A stretch of 56,870 bases of DNA from Arenimonas sp. (GCA_043754555.1 JAYUUM010000032.1:1-56870); one strand, 5' to 3'; positions 36,305-46,502 are shown, counted from the first letter of the stretch. Numbers and translations are program-made. The notes: generated by a model not told the origin, from the letters alone.

Positions 36305-37063
36305 CTAAGTCCAATAGCTGCTCACCAGGGCTCTCGAAATTAGTACCCATCCATCAATTAAAATGAACAGTAGTATTTTCAATGGCAAGCTGATCGTCGT
36401 CGGCGGCACCATGATCATGCCGAGCGCCATTAAAACTGCTGCCACCACCATATCCACTACAAGAAAAGGCAAGAAAATCAGAAAGCCTATTTGAAAAGCC
36501 GTTTTTAATTCGCTAAGCAAGAAAGCGGAAGCCAAATGCGTAAACTTTATATCCTCGATGCGTTCCGGTCTCGGTGCCCGTGCCATTTCAAGAATGGCGG
36601 CAAGATCAGACTCTCGTGTTTGACGAACCATGAAGTCGCGAACCGGCGTTGCCCCAAGATCAAGTGCTTGGGTTGCAGTAATTTTTTCCTGCAAGTAGGG
36701 CTGCATGGCATTGGTGTTTACCTGATCAATCACGGGCCCCATCGAGAATAGCGTCAGAAAAATCGCAAGCGTTACCAAGACGCTGTTTGGAGGTGTTTGC
36801 GGCAACCCCAGTGCATGACGCAACAAAGACAGCACAATGATGATACGGGTGAAAGATGTCAGCCCGATCAGCATTACCGGCAAGATGGACAGCAGACTCA
36901 GCAGCACGAAGGTTCGGACAACCGAAGAATAATCCTGCTTGGCGGCCTGATCGAGTACTGCCGAAGCGGCCGGCGATGCCAATGCCGCATCACTCGCGAA
37001 CATGGCGAACAAGACAAAAATAATCAACGCTATCCAATGCTTGCCACGCAACAACTCACTCAT
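36305..37063 (-). CDS. fliP: Export gate protein FliP
   Basis: TSFTRIIIVL, QTPPN, LSELKTAFQIGF, GMIMVPP and DGW; start ATG 37063. Confidence 0.95.
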   Translation of the reverse strand: MSELLRGKHWIALIIFVLFAMFASDAALASPAASAVLDQAAKQDYSSVVRTFVLLSLLSILPVMLIGLTSFTRIIIVLSLLRHALGLPQTPPNSVLVTLAIFLTLFSMGPVIDQVNTNAMQPYLQEKITATQALDLGATPVRDFMVRQTRESDLAAILEMARAPRPERIEDIKFTHLASAFLLSELKTAFQIGFLIFLPFLVVDMVVAAVLMALGMIMVPPTTISLPLKILLFILIDGWVLISRALVSSYWT

Positions 37064-37451
37064 TGCCGACTTCCTTTTCTGCACTTTTTTTGACAAGTTG
37101 AACCTGCATGCTAGATTCGGCGAGCAGGTACACGTCGTCGTCGCTGCCAATCCGGTACAGCGTTGTCTTCTCGCTAACGCGCTGCACTTCCAGCACCAGT
37201 ATTTTCTTTTTATCGCTCTGTGCCTGGGGTTTCGGTCCGACCCAGCGGTCCAGCCAACCCTGGCGACGCGCAAACCATGCGAGTGCCGCAAATATGGCAA
37301 CGAGCAACAAAGTGGTTACCAGTAGGCCAAACACTTCCGGCGTATTGGTAATTCCTTCCTTCCGAAAAGGAATGGGTTGTTTGCTGGTTGTGGTTACCGG
37401 CACCGGTTTTGAATCCACCGGCTCCGCTACCGCAGCGGAAGTCGCTGTCAT
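37056..37451 (-). CDS. fliO: FliO-like protein
   Basis: Single TM followed by a short beta domain; located between fliN and fliP. Confidence 0.7.
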   Translation of the reverse strand: MTATSAAVAEPVDSKPVPVTTTSKQPIPFRKEGITNTPEVFGLLVTTLLLVAIFAALAWFARRQGWLDRWVGPKPQAQSDKKKILVLEVQRVSEKTTLYRIGSDDDVYLLAESSMQVQLVKKSAEKEVGNE

Positions 37452-37753
37452 GTCAGTTCCGTGATCCTGATGCCGAAATTGTCTTCGACTGCCACAAGCT
37501 CGCCGCGTGCAACCGATTTTCCATTGAGTTGCAATGTGATCGGCATATCCAGCGATTCGTTCATTTCGAGGACTTCGCCTTTTTTCAGTGCGAATAATTT
37601 GTCGATACTGATCGATACGCTTCCAAGAAGCGCGGTCAGCGTTACCGGTACGTGACCAATCAAACTCATGTCTTTGCTGACGAGGGGATTTCCGGTCGGT
37701 ACGCCTTCCGATGCCGAAGGTAGATCCAAAGGGTTAACTGTTTTTTTGTTCAT
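37448..37753 (-). CDS. fliN: C-ring protein FliN
   Basis: SpoA domain VPVTLTALLG...LNGKSVARGELVAVEDNFGIRI. Confidence 0.9.
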   Translation of the reverse strand: MNKKTVNPLDLPSASEGVPTGNPLVSKDMSLIGHVPVTLTALLGSVSISIDKLFALKKGEVLEMNESLDMPITLQLNGKSVARGELVAVEDNFGIRITELT

Positions 37754-37770
37754 TGCATAATTCTCTAACT

Positions 37771-38517
37771 TTAAGGAGTATCAACCTGCACTGCTCGCTG
37801 TAATCCTTTGCGAACAAGACGCACATTGGCTATGTGCCGCATATCGGGATGCGTCAACTGAAAAACGGAATCAATGGAAGTGTTGGACAACAGCACATCG
37901 CCTACCTGGAGCCCGATGGTGTCGGCAAGTTTGGTGGCACCCAGATCCAGCGAGACATTCAACTCGATTTTTTCATTGCCGAAGGCTGTATCTCGAGAAG
38001 CCAATGGCTCCAAGCTGATTGGTTTACCTGATACTAGGCTGTCTACAAGATCCGCATCAAGAATTATATAAGCTGAAAAACCCGTTCCTCTTAGTGAAAA
38101 GAGCTTGTGACCGAAACGCGAATGAAAAACTTCATCGGAAGGCGGAGATCCCTCTTGAATATCCAGATCCAAAACATTAACTGCCGCCCATTGTGCTAAC
38201 AATGCCTTTAGAGCACGGTCGCCAATACGACGCCCAAGCTGCAAGACATCGTCCATGCTGGCCTTGGATAACAAGCCGCCCAAACTTTCAAGATGAATTG
38301 CAGGAGCGCCGACACGCAGCACTCCTTTTTCCGTATTTAGCTGCAGCCATTTAAGCGGTGCTGCCGGTTTATAGGCACCGGCAACAAGTGGCTGCAAAAC
38401 CAAATACTCGGGCTCAACACTCCAGGCGTCGAGCCAGCGCTTCAGTTCAAGATTCAGCCGTTCGAATAAAGCCTCATGCCGACGACGGCTATGCCAACGA
38501 AGGCGACGAAAATGCAT
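37771..38517 (-). CDS. Divergent FliM/SctQ-like protein with C-terminal SpoA domain
   Basis: IELNVSLDLG...LQVGDVL at the C-terminus; upstream of fliN; no LSQxEID motif. Confidence 0.65.
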   Translation of the reverse strand: MHFRRLRWHSRRRHEALFERLNLELKRWLDAWSVEPEYLVLQPLVAGAYKPAAPLKWLQLNTEKGVLRVGAPAIHLESLGGLLSKASMDDVLQLGRRIGDRALKALLAQWAAVNVLDLDIQEGSPPSDEVFHSRFGHKLFSLRGTGFSAYIILDADLVDSLVSGKPISLEPLASRDTAFGNEKIELNVSLDLGATKLADTIGLQVGDVLLSNTSIDSVFQLTHPDMRHIANVRLVRKGLQRAVQVDTP

Positions 38518-39686
38518 TAGCCGCCCCGCGTACTGTTATAGAGTGTCTCGATCATTTCGTTGCTGACGGTCATGACCCGCGAACTCGCCTGGTAGCCACG
38601 TTGAATGATGATCATGTCGGCAAACTCCTGAGTAAGATCTACGTTTGCCAATTCAAGGCTTCCACCCGCTATCTTTCCAAAGATACCTTCGCCTGGCCTG
38701 CCAAGTTGCCTCTGCTGCACACTTGAGCCGGCAATCAATCTTCCACCAATTAATTCCATTGAACTTTCGTTAGGAAAGGATGCCAGCGCCAGCCGAGGGC
38801 CCTGTCTTTTTTCGCTGGCCGAGTAAACTAATTGCATAACACCTTCGGTATCGAATGACAGATCGGTAACACCCAAAAGTGGACGCCCGTTAGTAACCTG
38901 ACCTCCCAAGTTATTAGTTATTCCGGTCAAACTCGTTGTGCCATTAAACGCACCTGGCGTGCCGAAGTTCAGCGTTACTGTCTGCGCGGCACCTTGATAA
39001 GTTAAATTTAATGCAACCGTATTGAAGCCTGCTAACGGTGTCCCGGCCGTTGCAGAATTGGTTGTATCGAACCGAACCGAACTACCTGCAGTACTGACCA
39101 CTGCGCCAGTTTCGTCCGTGACTGTTACCTGATAGATGCCCGGGGCAGTATTGGTTAACGTGGTGGTTAAAGTGTGTACATTGCCCGATGCATCATAGAT
39201 TCGAAGCGCTGCCAATGTTAGCGTTGGCGTCGCAGGAACAATATTTCCGGACATTCTAATAGCTGTCGTTGCTGCGGGCGGAATGGTGCGATAAGTATCG
39301 TAATCGATATTGGATAAGTTGCCTGCTGCATCGATTGCCATAACTTCATATCCGGTTACGCTATCGGCCAGAACGTTATCTGTATTGAAGCGGAACTGTC
39401 CCGCTCGAGTGTAGTAAAGATTGCCAGCATCGTCACGCAGCACGTAGAACCCATTGCCATCGATGGCAACATCGGTCGGGTTTCCGGTCTGTCTTATGTC
39501 ACCACCACCGGTACGCAACCCTTCTCCCGAAACTCTCGTACCACGACTACCATTTATATTTTCAAAAAATGTGTCGCTACCGCGAAAACCCGGCGTATTC
39601 ATATTTGAAATGTTGTTACTAACGGTATCTAGGCTTCTTGAAAAGCTGAATAGCCCTGAAAGGCTGTTGAATAGTGCTTGAAACAT
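38517..39686 (-). CDS. flgE: Hook protein FlgE
   Basis: SNNISNMNTPGFR, DVAIDGNGF, YTRAGQF and LELANVDLTQEFADMIIIQRGYQA; follows flgD. Confidence 0.9.
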   Translation of the reverse strand: MFQALFNSLSGLFSFSRSLDTVSNNISNMNTPGFRGSDTFFENINGSRGTRVSGEGLRTGGGDIRQTGNPTDVAIDGNGFYVLRDDAGNLYYTRAGQFRFNTDNVLADSVTGYEVMAIDAAGNLSNIDYDTYRTIPPAATTAIRMSGNIVPATPTLTLAALRIYDASGNVHTLTTTLTNTAPGIYQVTVTDETGAVVSTAGSSVRFDTTNSATAGTPLAGFNTVALNLTYQGAAQTVTLNFGTPGAFNGTTSLTGITNNLGGQVTNGRPLLGVTDLSFDTEGVMQLVYSASEKRQGPRLALASFPNESSMELIGGRLIAGSSVQQRQLGRPGEGIFGKIAGGSLELANVDLTQEFADMIIIQRGYQASSRVMTVSNEMIETLYNSTRGG

Positions 39687-39700
39687 AATCTGTTCTCCAA

Positions 39701-40117
39701 TTATGGTTTGACGAGACTTACTTGCGATAGACGAACTTTGGTTAACACCTGACCTGATGTGGTCAGAAGAGTGAGTTCGGGCCCTGAATTTGTGAATTTG
39801 ACCGCCGTGACGGCCCCTATGTTTGCAGTTCCTTGCCCGACGATTTCTACTGTTTTATTCAACAAAGCCAGGGCTTGGGCAGAAGAATTCATAACCAGCA
39901 ACCCCTCCGTGTTCTGACTTGTTTGGCGCGTCTGTTCCAGGTTCGAGAATTGCGCTAATTGCGCCAGAAATTCGCGGTTATCGACCGGCTCAAGAGGATC
40001 CTGAAATTGCAATTGCGACAGAAATAATTTTATAAAATCATCTTGATCGATTGTGTTCTGTCTGGTGGTATTTGGATTAGCCGGATTAAGGATGGTGCCG
40101 ATAGCATCTACTGGCAT
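39701..40117 (-). CDS. flgD: Hook-capping protein FlgD (short form)
   Basis: DFIKLFLSQLQFQDPLEPVDN...QLAQFSNLEQ. Confidence 0.92.
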   Translation of the reverse strand: MPVDAIGTILNPANPNTTRQNTIDQDDFIKLFLSQLQFQDPLEPVDNREFLAQLAQFSNLEQTRQTSQNTEGLLVMNSSAQALALLNKTVEIVGQGTANIGAVTAVKFTNSGPELTLLTTSGQVLTKVRLSQVSLVKP

Positions 40118-40137
40118 AAATTTCTCTTTCGTAAGTG

Positions 40138-41121
40138 TTATGAATGTGAGTTAGTGCGCCAAACTTCGTTTCCATTGAGCATGACCCGGCGCAAGGAAAA
40201 ACCCTGTTGTTCCGCGAAACAACGCAAAGCTTCAACTAGTGTTCCGGTGTCAGCAGGCTCTAACTGGTAATCGCGCACCCAGGCCGTGGTCGCATCGTTA
40301 TCGGCCAGCCAATGCAAAGCGCGGTGTGGCCAAATGACGAAGGATGCACGTGAATCAGTAAGATGAATACGAGCGTTATCAATAGCGCCCGCACGCGTTG
40401 AGGCTGCCTCTGCCATCCGGTAGAATTGCAAAGCCTTTTCCGATCCAAGATGTCCGAACACTGACGAATTCTTCGGAACACCCGGCAATTGATTGCGATC
40501 GCCCGGATTTACTAAAGCAGCCTGATCTGACACCGTCAAAACATTTTTTGCATCTTCAATACCTTGTAATCGTCTGTCTGTGAATTGATAGGAAAGAGCA
40601 GCATTGGCTTGCAAGCGCCAAGGTATCGTCAGTAATTCAACATCGGCATCCACAACACCTGAGAATTTATTGCTCCTGGCAGGCAGATTGAACATAGCGA
40701 GTGGTAACAAAGCTGTTACTTTTGCATCCGTAACTTCATCTGCATTCACACTAATTTTTTTGACATCCGCTGTAGCTGGTCCTGCTGCGACTAGAGCATC
40801 GCCTAAGGAGAGGAATTCAATTAGCGCTCCTGTAGCAATTGGCTCTAGCTGGAGGTCTGATGCAATCATCTGTAAATTCAAGTCAATCGGGATGTTCTTA
40901 TCACTACAAGGAACTGGCAAATATCTGGTTCCGTTATTGTCCGCTGAGTTCGAGCTCGCATCCTGTAACAATCTTGGTGAAGACTGCTGTCCTGTCAGCG
41001 CTGGCCTAGAAAGTCCATTCAGCATCCGACTAAAATCCTCCGTCCCCTTTGTCTTGCCTGTTGATGAATTTATATTCAACAGTGCTGAAGATGCTGCGGC
41101 ATTATCAAAACATTTAATCAT
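40138..41121 (-). CDS. Hypothetical protein in the FliK position (possible hook-length control)
   Basis: Between fliJ and flgD; low-complexity N-terminus with a compact C-terminal domain; no clear FliK motif. Confidence 0.5.
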   Translation of the reverse strand: MIKCFDNAAASSALLNINSSTGKTKGTEDFSRMLNGLSRPALTGQQSSPRLLQDASSNSADNNGTRYLPVPCSDKNIPIDLNLQMIASDLQLEPIATGALIEFLSLGDALVAAGPATADVKKISVNADEVTDAKVTALLPLAMFNLPARSNKFSGVVDADVELLTIPWRLQANAALSYQFTDRRLQGIEDAKNVLTVSDQAALVNPGDRNQLPGVPKNSSVFGHLGSEKALQFYRMAEAASTRAGAIDNARIHLTDSRASFVIWPHRALHWLADNDATTAWVRDYQLEPADTGTLVEALRCFAEQQGFSLRRVMLNGNEVWRTNSHS

Positions 41122-41563
41122 GGGCTCGTTCTCTGTTATTCAACCAAACATCACTTATCTGATCAAACTGGCGTTTTTCGATTTCGTTATCTACTTGTTT
41201 TTTCTGTCTAAGCTCACGCTGTTCCGAAACTTTGGTGTTAGACGCAGCCGCTATCATTCTTATTTGCGCAGTCTGCGTAGCTTCTTCGGCTGTTTTTACT
41301 TCTAGCTTTAATTTATCTGCTTGCAACATGGCATGGTGCTCGTGTTCGAGCACGGCACTATAAAGCGCGAGGTCCAAGCCGCCATCCGCCTGCTTCTGTG
41401 CTTTCCACTGCCCGAGTTGCTCAATGGCAACGGTGGCCTTATCGTGTTTGTCAGTCGCTTCATTCTGCTCATGAATTGCATGACGCAATACGCCATTAGC
41501 GAGCTCTTCGCGGAATTGATTCAGGCGAACCAGTCTTTGCATTTTATTCGGGCGCGCACTCAT
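41114..41563 (-). CDS. fliJ: FliJ-like stalk protein
   Basis: 149-aa coiled coil immediately after fliI. Confidence 0.7.
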   Translation of the reverse strand: MSARPNKMQRLVRLNQFREELANGVLRHAIHEQNEATDKHDKATVAIEQLGQWKAQKQADGGLDLALYSAVLEHEHHAMLQADKLKLEVKTAEEATQTAQIRMIAAASNTKVSEQRELRQKKQVDNEIEKRQFDQISDVWLNNRERAHD

Positions 41564-42888
41564 GCGCGCACCTCGTTAGTGCGAAGCGTGCGCTGCAATT
41601 GTTGATAAGCGTCGGATCGACGGAAATGCTCATCCGGCTTCTGGGTTAAAACAGAGTCTAAAGCTGGCTTGATATCGACGGCTTCATCGAGTAATACATT
41701 CACGCCTCGCTGATGCGCTCCAAGCTCAACCAAATCTCGCGAGCCTTCATAAGTTGCCAACAAGCGCTTCGCGTCTCGCGCCGTTTGTTCTTGATCGGGT
41801 GTTGCCAAATGGCTCATCAAGCGGCTCGTACTCTGCAACATATCAATCGCTGGATGGTGACCGCGTGCCGCCAACTCGCGCGTCAATACGATATGACCAT
41901 CAAGAATGGCGCGCATATGATCGGTGATCGGCTCATTCATATCATCGCCTTCTACCAAGACGCTATAGACCGCCGATATTGCACCGCTGCCGGTCATGCG
42001 CCCACAGCGTTCCAGCACCCGTGGCATCAAGGCAAAAACCGAAGGGGTGTAACCTCTGAATGTAGGCGGCTCGCCAATGGCCAGACCAATCTCGCGTTGA
42101 GCCATTGCAAAGCGCGTCATCGAATCAACAATCAATAAAACCGATTTGCCTTGATCACGAAAGTATTCGGCAATCGCATGTGCTGCATGTACTGCATGCG
42201 TTCTTACCAAGGCAGGTTGGTCCGCCGTTGCCGCCATTACCACAGCGCGCTTGAGGCCTTCTTTGCCGAGGGAGTTCCTAATAAAATCACCAACTTCGCG
42301 ACCACGCTCACCGACTAAGGCCAAGACAGTAACGTCAGCAGTAACGTGACGTGCGAGCATGCCAAGCAAAGTACTTTTACCCACGCCACTGCCAGCAAAA
42401 ACACCCACACGTTGCCCAACCCCTAGAGTCAGCATGGTGTCAATCGCACGAATTCCGGTTTCAAGTACTTGTGTAATTTCTTCACGCGCCATGGGATTAA
42501 TCGGCTCGCGGTACAAAGGGTATTCTTCGGTTAAATCTAACTCGCCTTCATCGTCGATTGGCTTGCTAAAAGCATCGACTACACGTCCAAGCAACGCATC
42601 GCCCACCGGAATAGACAGGCTGCGACCGGTTGCTCTTACTAAACTATCGGCAAAAATGCCGTGCACATTGCCATAAGGCATTAACAAAATACGATCTTGC
42701 CTAAAGCCGACGACTTCTGCTTGCACTGGCTCGCGATCGTCTTCGGTAAATAATTCGCAGAGCTCTCCCAGATGTGCATCCGGACCGATTGATTCGATTA
42801 CCAAACCATTAAATGCCACAAGCCGCCCATAGCGATGCGCTAGATCAATTTTCTGCACAGCATTAATGAGTTTGCCTGAGAGCGACAT
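41560..42888 (-). CDS. fliI: Type III export ATPase FliI
   Basis: GSGVGKS Walker A, VGERGREV, DSMTRFAMAQREIG and LDGHIVL. Confidence 0.95.
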   Translation of the reverse strand: MSLSGKLINAVQKIDLAHRYGRLVAFNGLVIESIGPDAHLGELCELFTEDDREPVQAEVVGFRQDRILLMPYGNVHGIFADSLVRATGRSLSIPVGDALLGRVVDAFSKPIDDEGELDLTEEYPLYREPINPMAREEITQVLETGIRAIDTMLTLGVGQRVGVFAGSGVGKSTLLGMLARHVTADVTVLALVGERGREVGDFIRNSLGKEGLKRAVVMAATADQPALVRTHAVHAAHAIAEYFRDQGKSVLLIVDSMTRFAMAQREIGLAIGEPPTFRGYTPSVFALMPRVLERCGRMTGSGAISAVYSVLVEGDDMNEPITDHMRAILDGHIVLTRELAARGHHPAIDMLQSTSRLMSHLATPDQEQTARDAKRLLATYEGSRDLVELGAHQRGVNVLLDEAVDIKPALDSVLTQKPDEHFRRSDAYQQLQRTLRTNEVRA

Positions 42889-43556
42889 TACATCTGTCCT
42901 CGATGGTCGTTAAGTCCTGATAAAAATGCTTTTTTCAAAGCCTCAAGTCGCACATCAATCCCGCAATCAAATTGACCTCGCGTTGTTTCGATAATGCATT
43001 GGCCCGATTGAAGTCGACGGTCCACTTCTATCGCTACGCCAATATTTGTCGATTCAAACATCAATCTATCGGCTTCACTCACGCGCAGTGTTGCAACACC
43101 ATGACCATATTCGTTGGCCACGACAGCTGCAAGTTCGGCGACGAGACTACGATCGGCGGCTTTATCTCCCAGCAGGCGAATTACGGAGGCAAAGGCTACT
43201 TCGACCGCTATCGCTTCCGCTTCATTGGCATGCTGCTCGACAGATGCTTTTACGTTGGTGATATGTTTCTGAAACAACTCTTGTTGCGCCTTCAGCTCGG
43301 CAACGGCTTTCTGATGAGCTTGCGTCAAACGCGTTTCAATTTCTTCTACCCGTTTTTGAATTTCCTGATCGGCATTTTTACGACCTTCCGATAAGCCACG
43401 CTCACGCGCCTGATCAAAAAGCTGGGTCTGATGATCTTGCACGCGCTTGTTTTCACCAAGACCTGTATCGGCCATGGACGTGACATCGGATTCCTGCTGA
43501 CCCAATAATCTTCTATGGGTGTCAGCTTGTAGCAAGTCCGCGCTTAAGCGTTGCAT
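42888..43556 (-). CDS. fliH: FliH/SctL ATPase regulator
   Basis: ARERGLSEG, and LQSGQCIIET...G at the C-terminus; precedes fliI. Confidence 0.8.
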   Translation of the reverse strand: MQRLSADLLQADTHRRLLGQQESDVTSMADTGLGENKRVQDHQTQLFDQARERGLSEGRKNADQEIQKRVEEIETRLTQAHQKAVAELKAQQELFQKHITNVKASVEQHANEAEAIAVEVAFASVIRLLGDKAADRSLVAELAAVVANEYGHGVATLRVSEADRLMFESTNIGVAIEVDRRLQSGQCIIETTRGQFDCGIDVRLEALKKAFLSGLNDHRGQM

Positions 43557-43575
43557 AAAATATTCTTCCTTTTTC

Positions 43576-44013
43576 TCAAGCCGCTGCCGCAACGGAATCG
43601 GCAGCTTCCGATAACAAAGCTTCTTTCAGCTTTTCCGGCAGGCGCGGCACCATGGCTACGGCGAACTGAACACGCTTGGCATGTTGGTTATCTAGCAAGG
43701 CGAGTAAGAATTTCGGATCAACCGCTGAGTTGGCAACAAACAATCTTGCCGTCCAGTCATCGGGTAGGGCAGTAGCAAGGGCAATAATCACATCAACTGA
43801 TAATGAAGAATGCGCAGTCAAGCCGCGTATTTCGTCCGCGAGCACTTTGCCGATGATCTCATCATCATTCCAGCCATTCGCCACAATTTGAGCGATTAAT
43901 GGCTTTAGCCCGCGCGAGACGTCTGTCGGCAAAGCTGCAAGTAATTTATGCTGATCCTCACTTGGCAAAGAAGCGAGATACAAAGCAGCCTTGCGTTGTC
44001 CAGACGATGTCAT
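43576..44013 (-). CDS. Short FliG-like protein (145 aa, N-terminal part only)
   Basis: SGQRKAALYLASL resembles the FliG N-terminal G-x-x-KAA motif; between fliF and fliH; ATGA overlap with fliF. Confidence 0.6.
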   Translation of the reverse strand: MTSSGQRKAALYLASLPSEDQHKLLAALPTDVSRGLKPLIAQIVANGWNDDEIIGKVLADEIRGLTAHSSLSVDVIIALATALPDDWTARLFVANSAVDPKFLLALLDNQHAKRVQFAVAMVPRLPEKLKEALLSEAADSVAAAA

Positions 44014-45404
44014 ACCTTGGCTCCGTCTTCGGCGAGCCAACTACGTAGTTTGAGCAAGACGGCATCGCGTTCTTCGGGACGTAACTTTTTCGGTGATGAT
44101 CTAAATACGAGAGCCAGCACCCAGCCAACAATCAAAAATCCGACGGCAACAGCCGCGAGCATGATCCATGGAATGTTGAATTGCGCAGACTTTGCTTCCA
44201 TGGTTGCAGGTGCCAATGAGTCGAACGATTCATCAGAATTGAGCAGTGGATTATTCTCGAGAGCACTACTTTCTTTCGTGCTGGCATTGACTGCGGTGAT
44301 CTCAAGGCGATCACCGCGTTCCAAATCAAGCCCGGCCGCAACAAACACAAGTTTACGCAAGCGTTCCAATTCCGAAGCATTCAAACTCGGCGGTACCAAG
44401 ACGGCAACAGACAATCTTTCTACCTGTCCAGTTGCGCGCGAAATCTCCTCTTTTTCGGTACCATGAGCATACTCGAATTCATCTTGCTGGGTCTGTCCCG
44501 CTGTGTTCTCTGCTGTCGCTGCACCACCAGTCTTGCTCGCACGTTTGCGCACAAGCAATCCATTTCCATCTTGTCCCTGTGAAATTAAGCGCTCGCTGAC
44601 TTTATGCACTTTGTCAAAATTCATGCGTGCATCGACCGAGACGCGGAATGATTGCAGGTGAAATACTTGACTCAGCATGTTGCTAACACGCTCCTGCACT
44701 CTTGCCTCGTAGCCGCTTTGTTCTTCGTTTTGTGCCATCAAACCATCTTGGCTTGATGCACTGGCACCGCCCTGCAATACACCCGATGGCCCGAGCACCA
44801 CGACGGCATTCGGAGTCAATCCTTCAACAGCTGAAGCCACCAGATTGCGTATTCCACCCACCTGTTGTGGCGTGATCGCTCCACCTGGCTGCATGCCGAC
44901 GGTGACCGATGCTTTTGAGGTGTCGTCCTGTCCAACGAATAACCCGGGGCGGCGAATAGTTAAATGAACGCGAACCGATTGCACACCCGGCAAGGTGGCG
45001 ATGCTGCGTTCAAGTTCACCTTGAATGGCACGTTGGTAATTTACCCGTTGAGCAAATTCGGTAACGCCAAAATCGGCATCGTTGAATAATTCAAACCCGA
45101 CATGGCCACCGCTGGGCACGCCTGCCGAAACCAGCTTCATGCGGGTGTCGTAGACTTGATCGGCAGGCACTTCAATGGCCGTTCCGTCGCTTGAAAAGCG
45201 ATAAGGCACTTTCCATTCAGCCAGCGCCTTGGTGACGTCGGCAGCATCGGTTTCTTTCAAATTACCGAACAGTAATTGATAGCTAGGTGAAAACACCCAC
45301 CATAATGCCGCCGCCATCGCCAGCAGAATCACAATGCCGCCGATGATCAAACCGGTGCGCGCCAATTTGGAGAATGAGTTTTGGAAATCTGATAACACTG
45401 TCAT
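44010..45404 (-). CDS. fliF: MS-ring protein FliF
   Basis: TM, GFELF, QRAIQGELERSI, VRVHL, ASAVEGL, RLSVAVLV, RGDRL and second TM. Confidence 0.93.
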   Translation of the reverse strand: MTVLSDFQNSFSKLARTGLIIGGIVILLAMAAALWWVFSPSYQLLFGNLKETDAADVTKALAEWKVPYRFSSDGTAIEVPADQVYDTRMKLVSAGVPSGGHVGFELFNDADFGVTEFAQRVNYQRAIQGELERSIATLPGVQSVRVHLTIRRPGLFVGQDDTSKASVTVGMQPGGAITPQQVGGIRNLVASAVEGLTPNAVVVLGPSGVLQGGASASSQDGLMAQNEEQSGYEARVQERVSNMLSQVFHLQSFRVSVDARMNFDKVHKVSERLISQGQDGNGLLVRKRASKTGGAATAENTAGQTQQDEFEYAHGTEKEEISRATGQVERLSVAVLVPPSLNASELERLRKLVFVAAGLDLERGDRLEITAVNASTKESSALENNPLLNSDESFDSLAPATMEAKSAQFNIPWIMLAAVAVGFLIVGWVLALVFRSSPKKLRPEERDAVLLKLRSWLAEDGAKV

Positions 45405-45416
45405 TTCATTTATGCC

Positions 45417-45707
45417 TTAGAGCTGCATGCGCATCAGCTCTTGATAAGCCTCAACGCAGCGATTGCGAACTTCCACCATGAACATAAGGTTCATGCGTGC
45501 CTCTTCCATTGAAATCATCACGTCGTGTACCGCAACTTCTTTACCTGCGGCCATGGCGCGTATTTGTTGATCTGCCACTTTCAAACTCGAGTCGAGTTTG
45601 CTGACACCTTCACCCAGCATCTGGCTGAAATCAGTCGCATTCGTCGTTTGCGGCTGTGTAATATTTGGCAGCACGTTAATGCCGACGGCGCTAATAGGTT
45701 CGATCAT
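45417..45707 (-). CDS. fliE: FliE
   Basis: HDVMISMEEA...VRNRCVEAYQELMRMQL. Confidence 0.93.
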   Translation of the reverse strand: MIEPISAVGINVLPNITQPQTTNATDFSQMLGEGVSKLDSSLKVADQQIRAMAAGKEVAVHDVMISMEEARMNLMFMVEVRNRCVEAYQELMRMQL

Positions 45708-46105
45708 TATTTCGCTCCAATTTCGATGGCTTTCATTGTCATGCCGCGCAACAAATTAAACGCGCGCACATTGGCTTCGTAGCCTCGGCTGGCGGTCATC
45801 AACGTTGTCATTTCTTGCACGAGATCGGTTGCCGGGTAATGCACCATGCCCTGTGCATCAGCCATCGGATGACCCGGATCATGTACTGCGCGTGTTGCTG
45901 CATTTGTCTGATTCACTTGAACCAGATTGCCCGCTACGTACTGACCAAAACTCTGGGATTTGTTTAATACTTCTGCCCGAACAGGGCTCACATTCTTAGC
46001 CAATGGCATATTAGCCGCTGCAATATTCTTGCTGGCCGCTTCCATTCTTAAGCGCTCATATGCCAAGCCTGCGCGGCTGGCTTCCATGATGGCATCAATC
46101 GACAT
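45707..46105 (-). CDS. flgC: Rod protein FlgC
   Basis: KNIAAAN, HDPGHPMAD..G.V.YP and EM...ASRGYEAN. Confidence 0.92.
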   Translation of the reverse strand: MSIDAIMEASRAGLAYERLRMEAASKNIAAANMPLAKNVSPVRAEVLNKSQSFGQYVAGNLVQVNQTNAATRAVHDPGHPMADAQGMVHYPATDLVQEMTTLMTASRGYEANVRAFNLLRGMTMKAIEIGAK

Positions 46106-46107
46106 AA

Positions 46108-46491
46108 TTAATTTCTCCCTGCGACGGCAAGACGCATCAAGCCGAAATGACGATTCAGCGATTCGGTCAATGCCTGGTATTTAAGATTGGCAGATGCCAT
46201 ATCGGCCACTTCTTCATCGAGATTGATAGCACCCGAAAAGGTATCTGCTTTTTCGGTAAATGCTGGATTCGACGCAGCTTCCGAAAGCATGCCAATAAGA
46301 CTGTCTTTATCCACACCCGACAGTGATACCACCTGCTCCAACAAACCCTGAGTATGAGCAAAGTCTAAGTGCACGGCTTTTGCTCCGGGAGTATTGGACT
46401 TTGAAATATTCTGGCTCGCGTACTCGGCACGAATTTGATTCATGCTCATCGCCAAACGCACCGCTTCGGTTGTAATGTCGCTTCCACTCAT
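46108..46491 (-). CDS. flgB: Rod protein FlgB
   Basis: SQNISKSNTPG and INLDEEV...NLKYQAL; precedes flgC. Confidence 0.85.
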   Translation of the reverse strand: MSGSDITTEAVRLAMSMNQIRAEYASQNISKSNTPGAKAVHLDFAHTQGLLEQVVSLSGVDKDSLIGMLSEAASNPAFTEKADTFSGAINLDEEVADMASANLKYQALTESLNRHFGLMRLAVAGRN

Positions 46492-46502
46492 CGCATCATT
46501 CC

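Noticed and set aside
40604-41305. 233-aa plus-strand ORF and other long antisense ORFs (19642-20454, 50932-51537)
   Set aside because: They are shadows of well-supported genes on the opposite strand.
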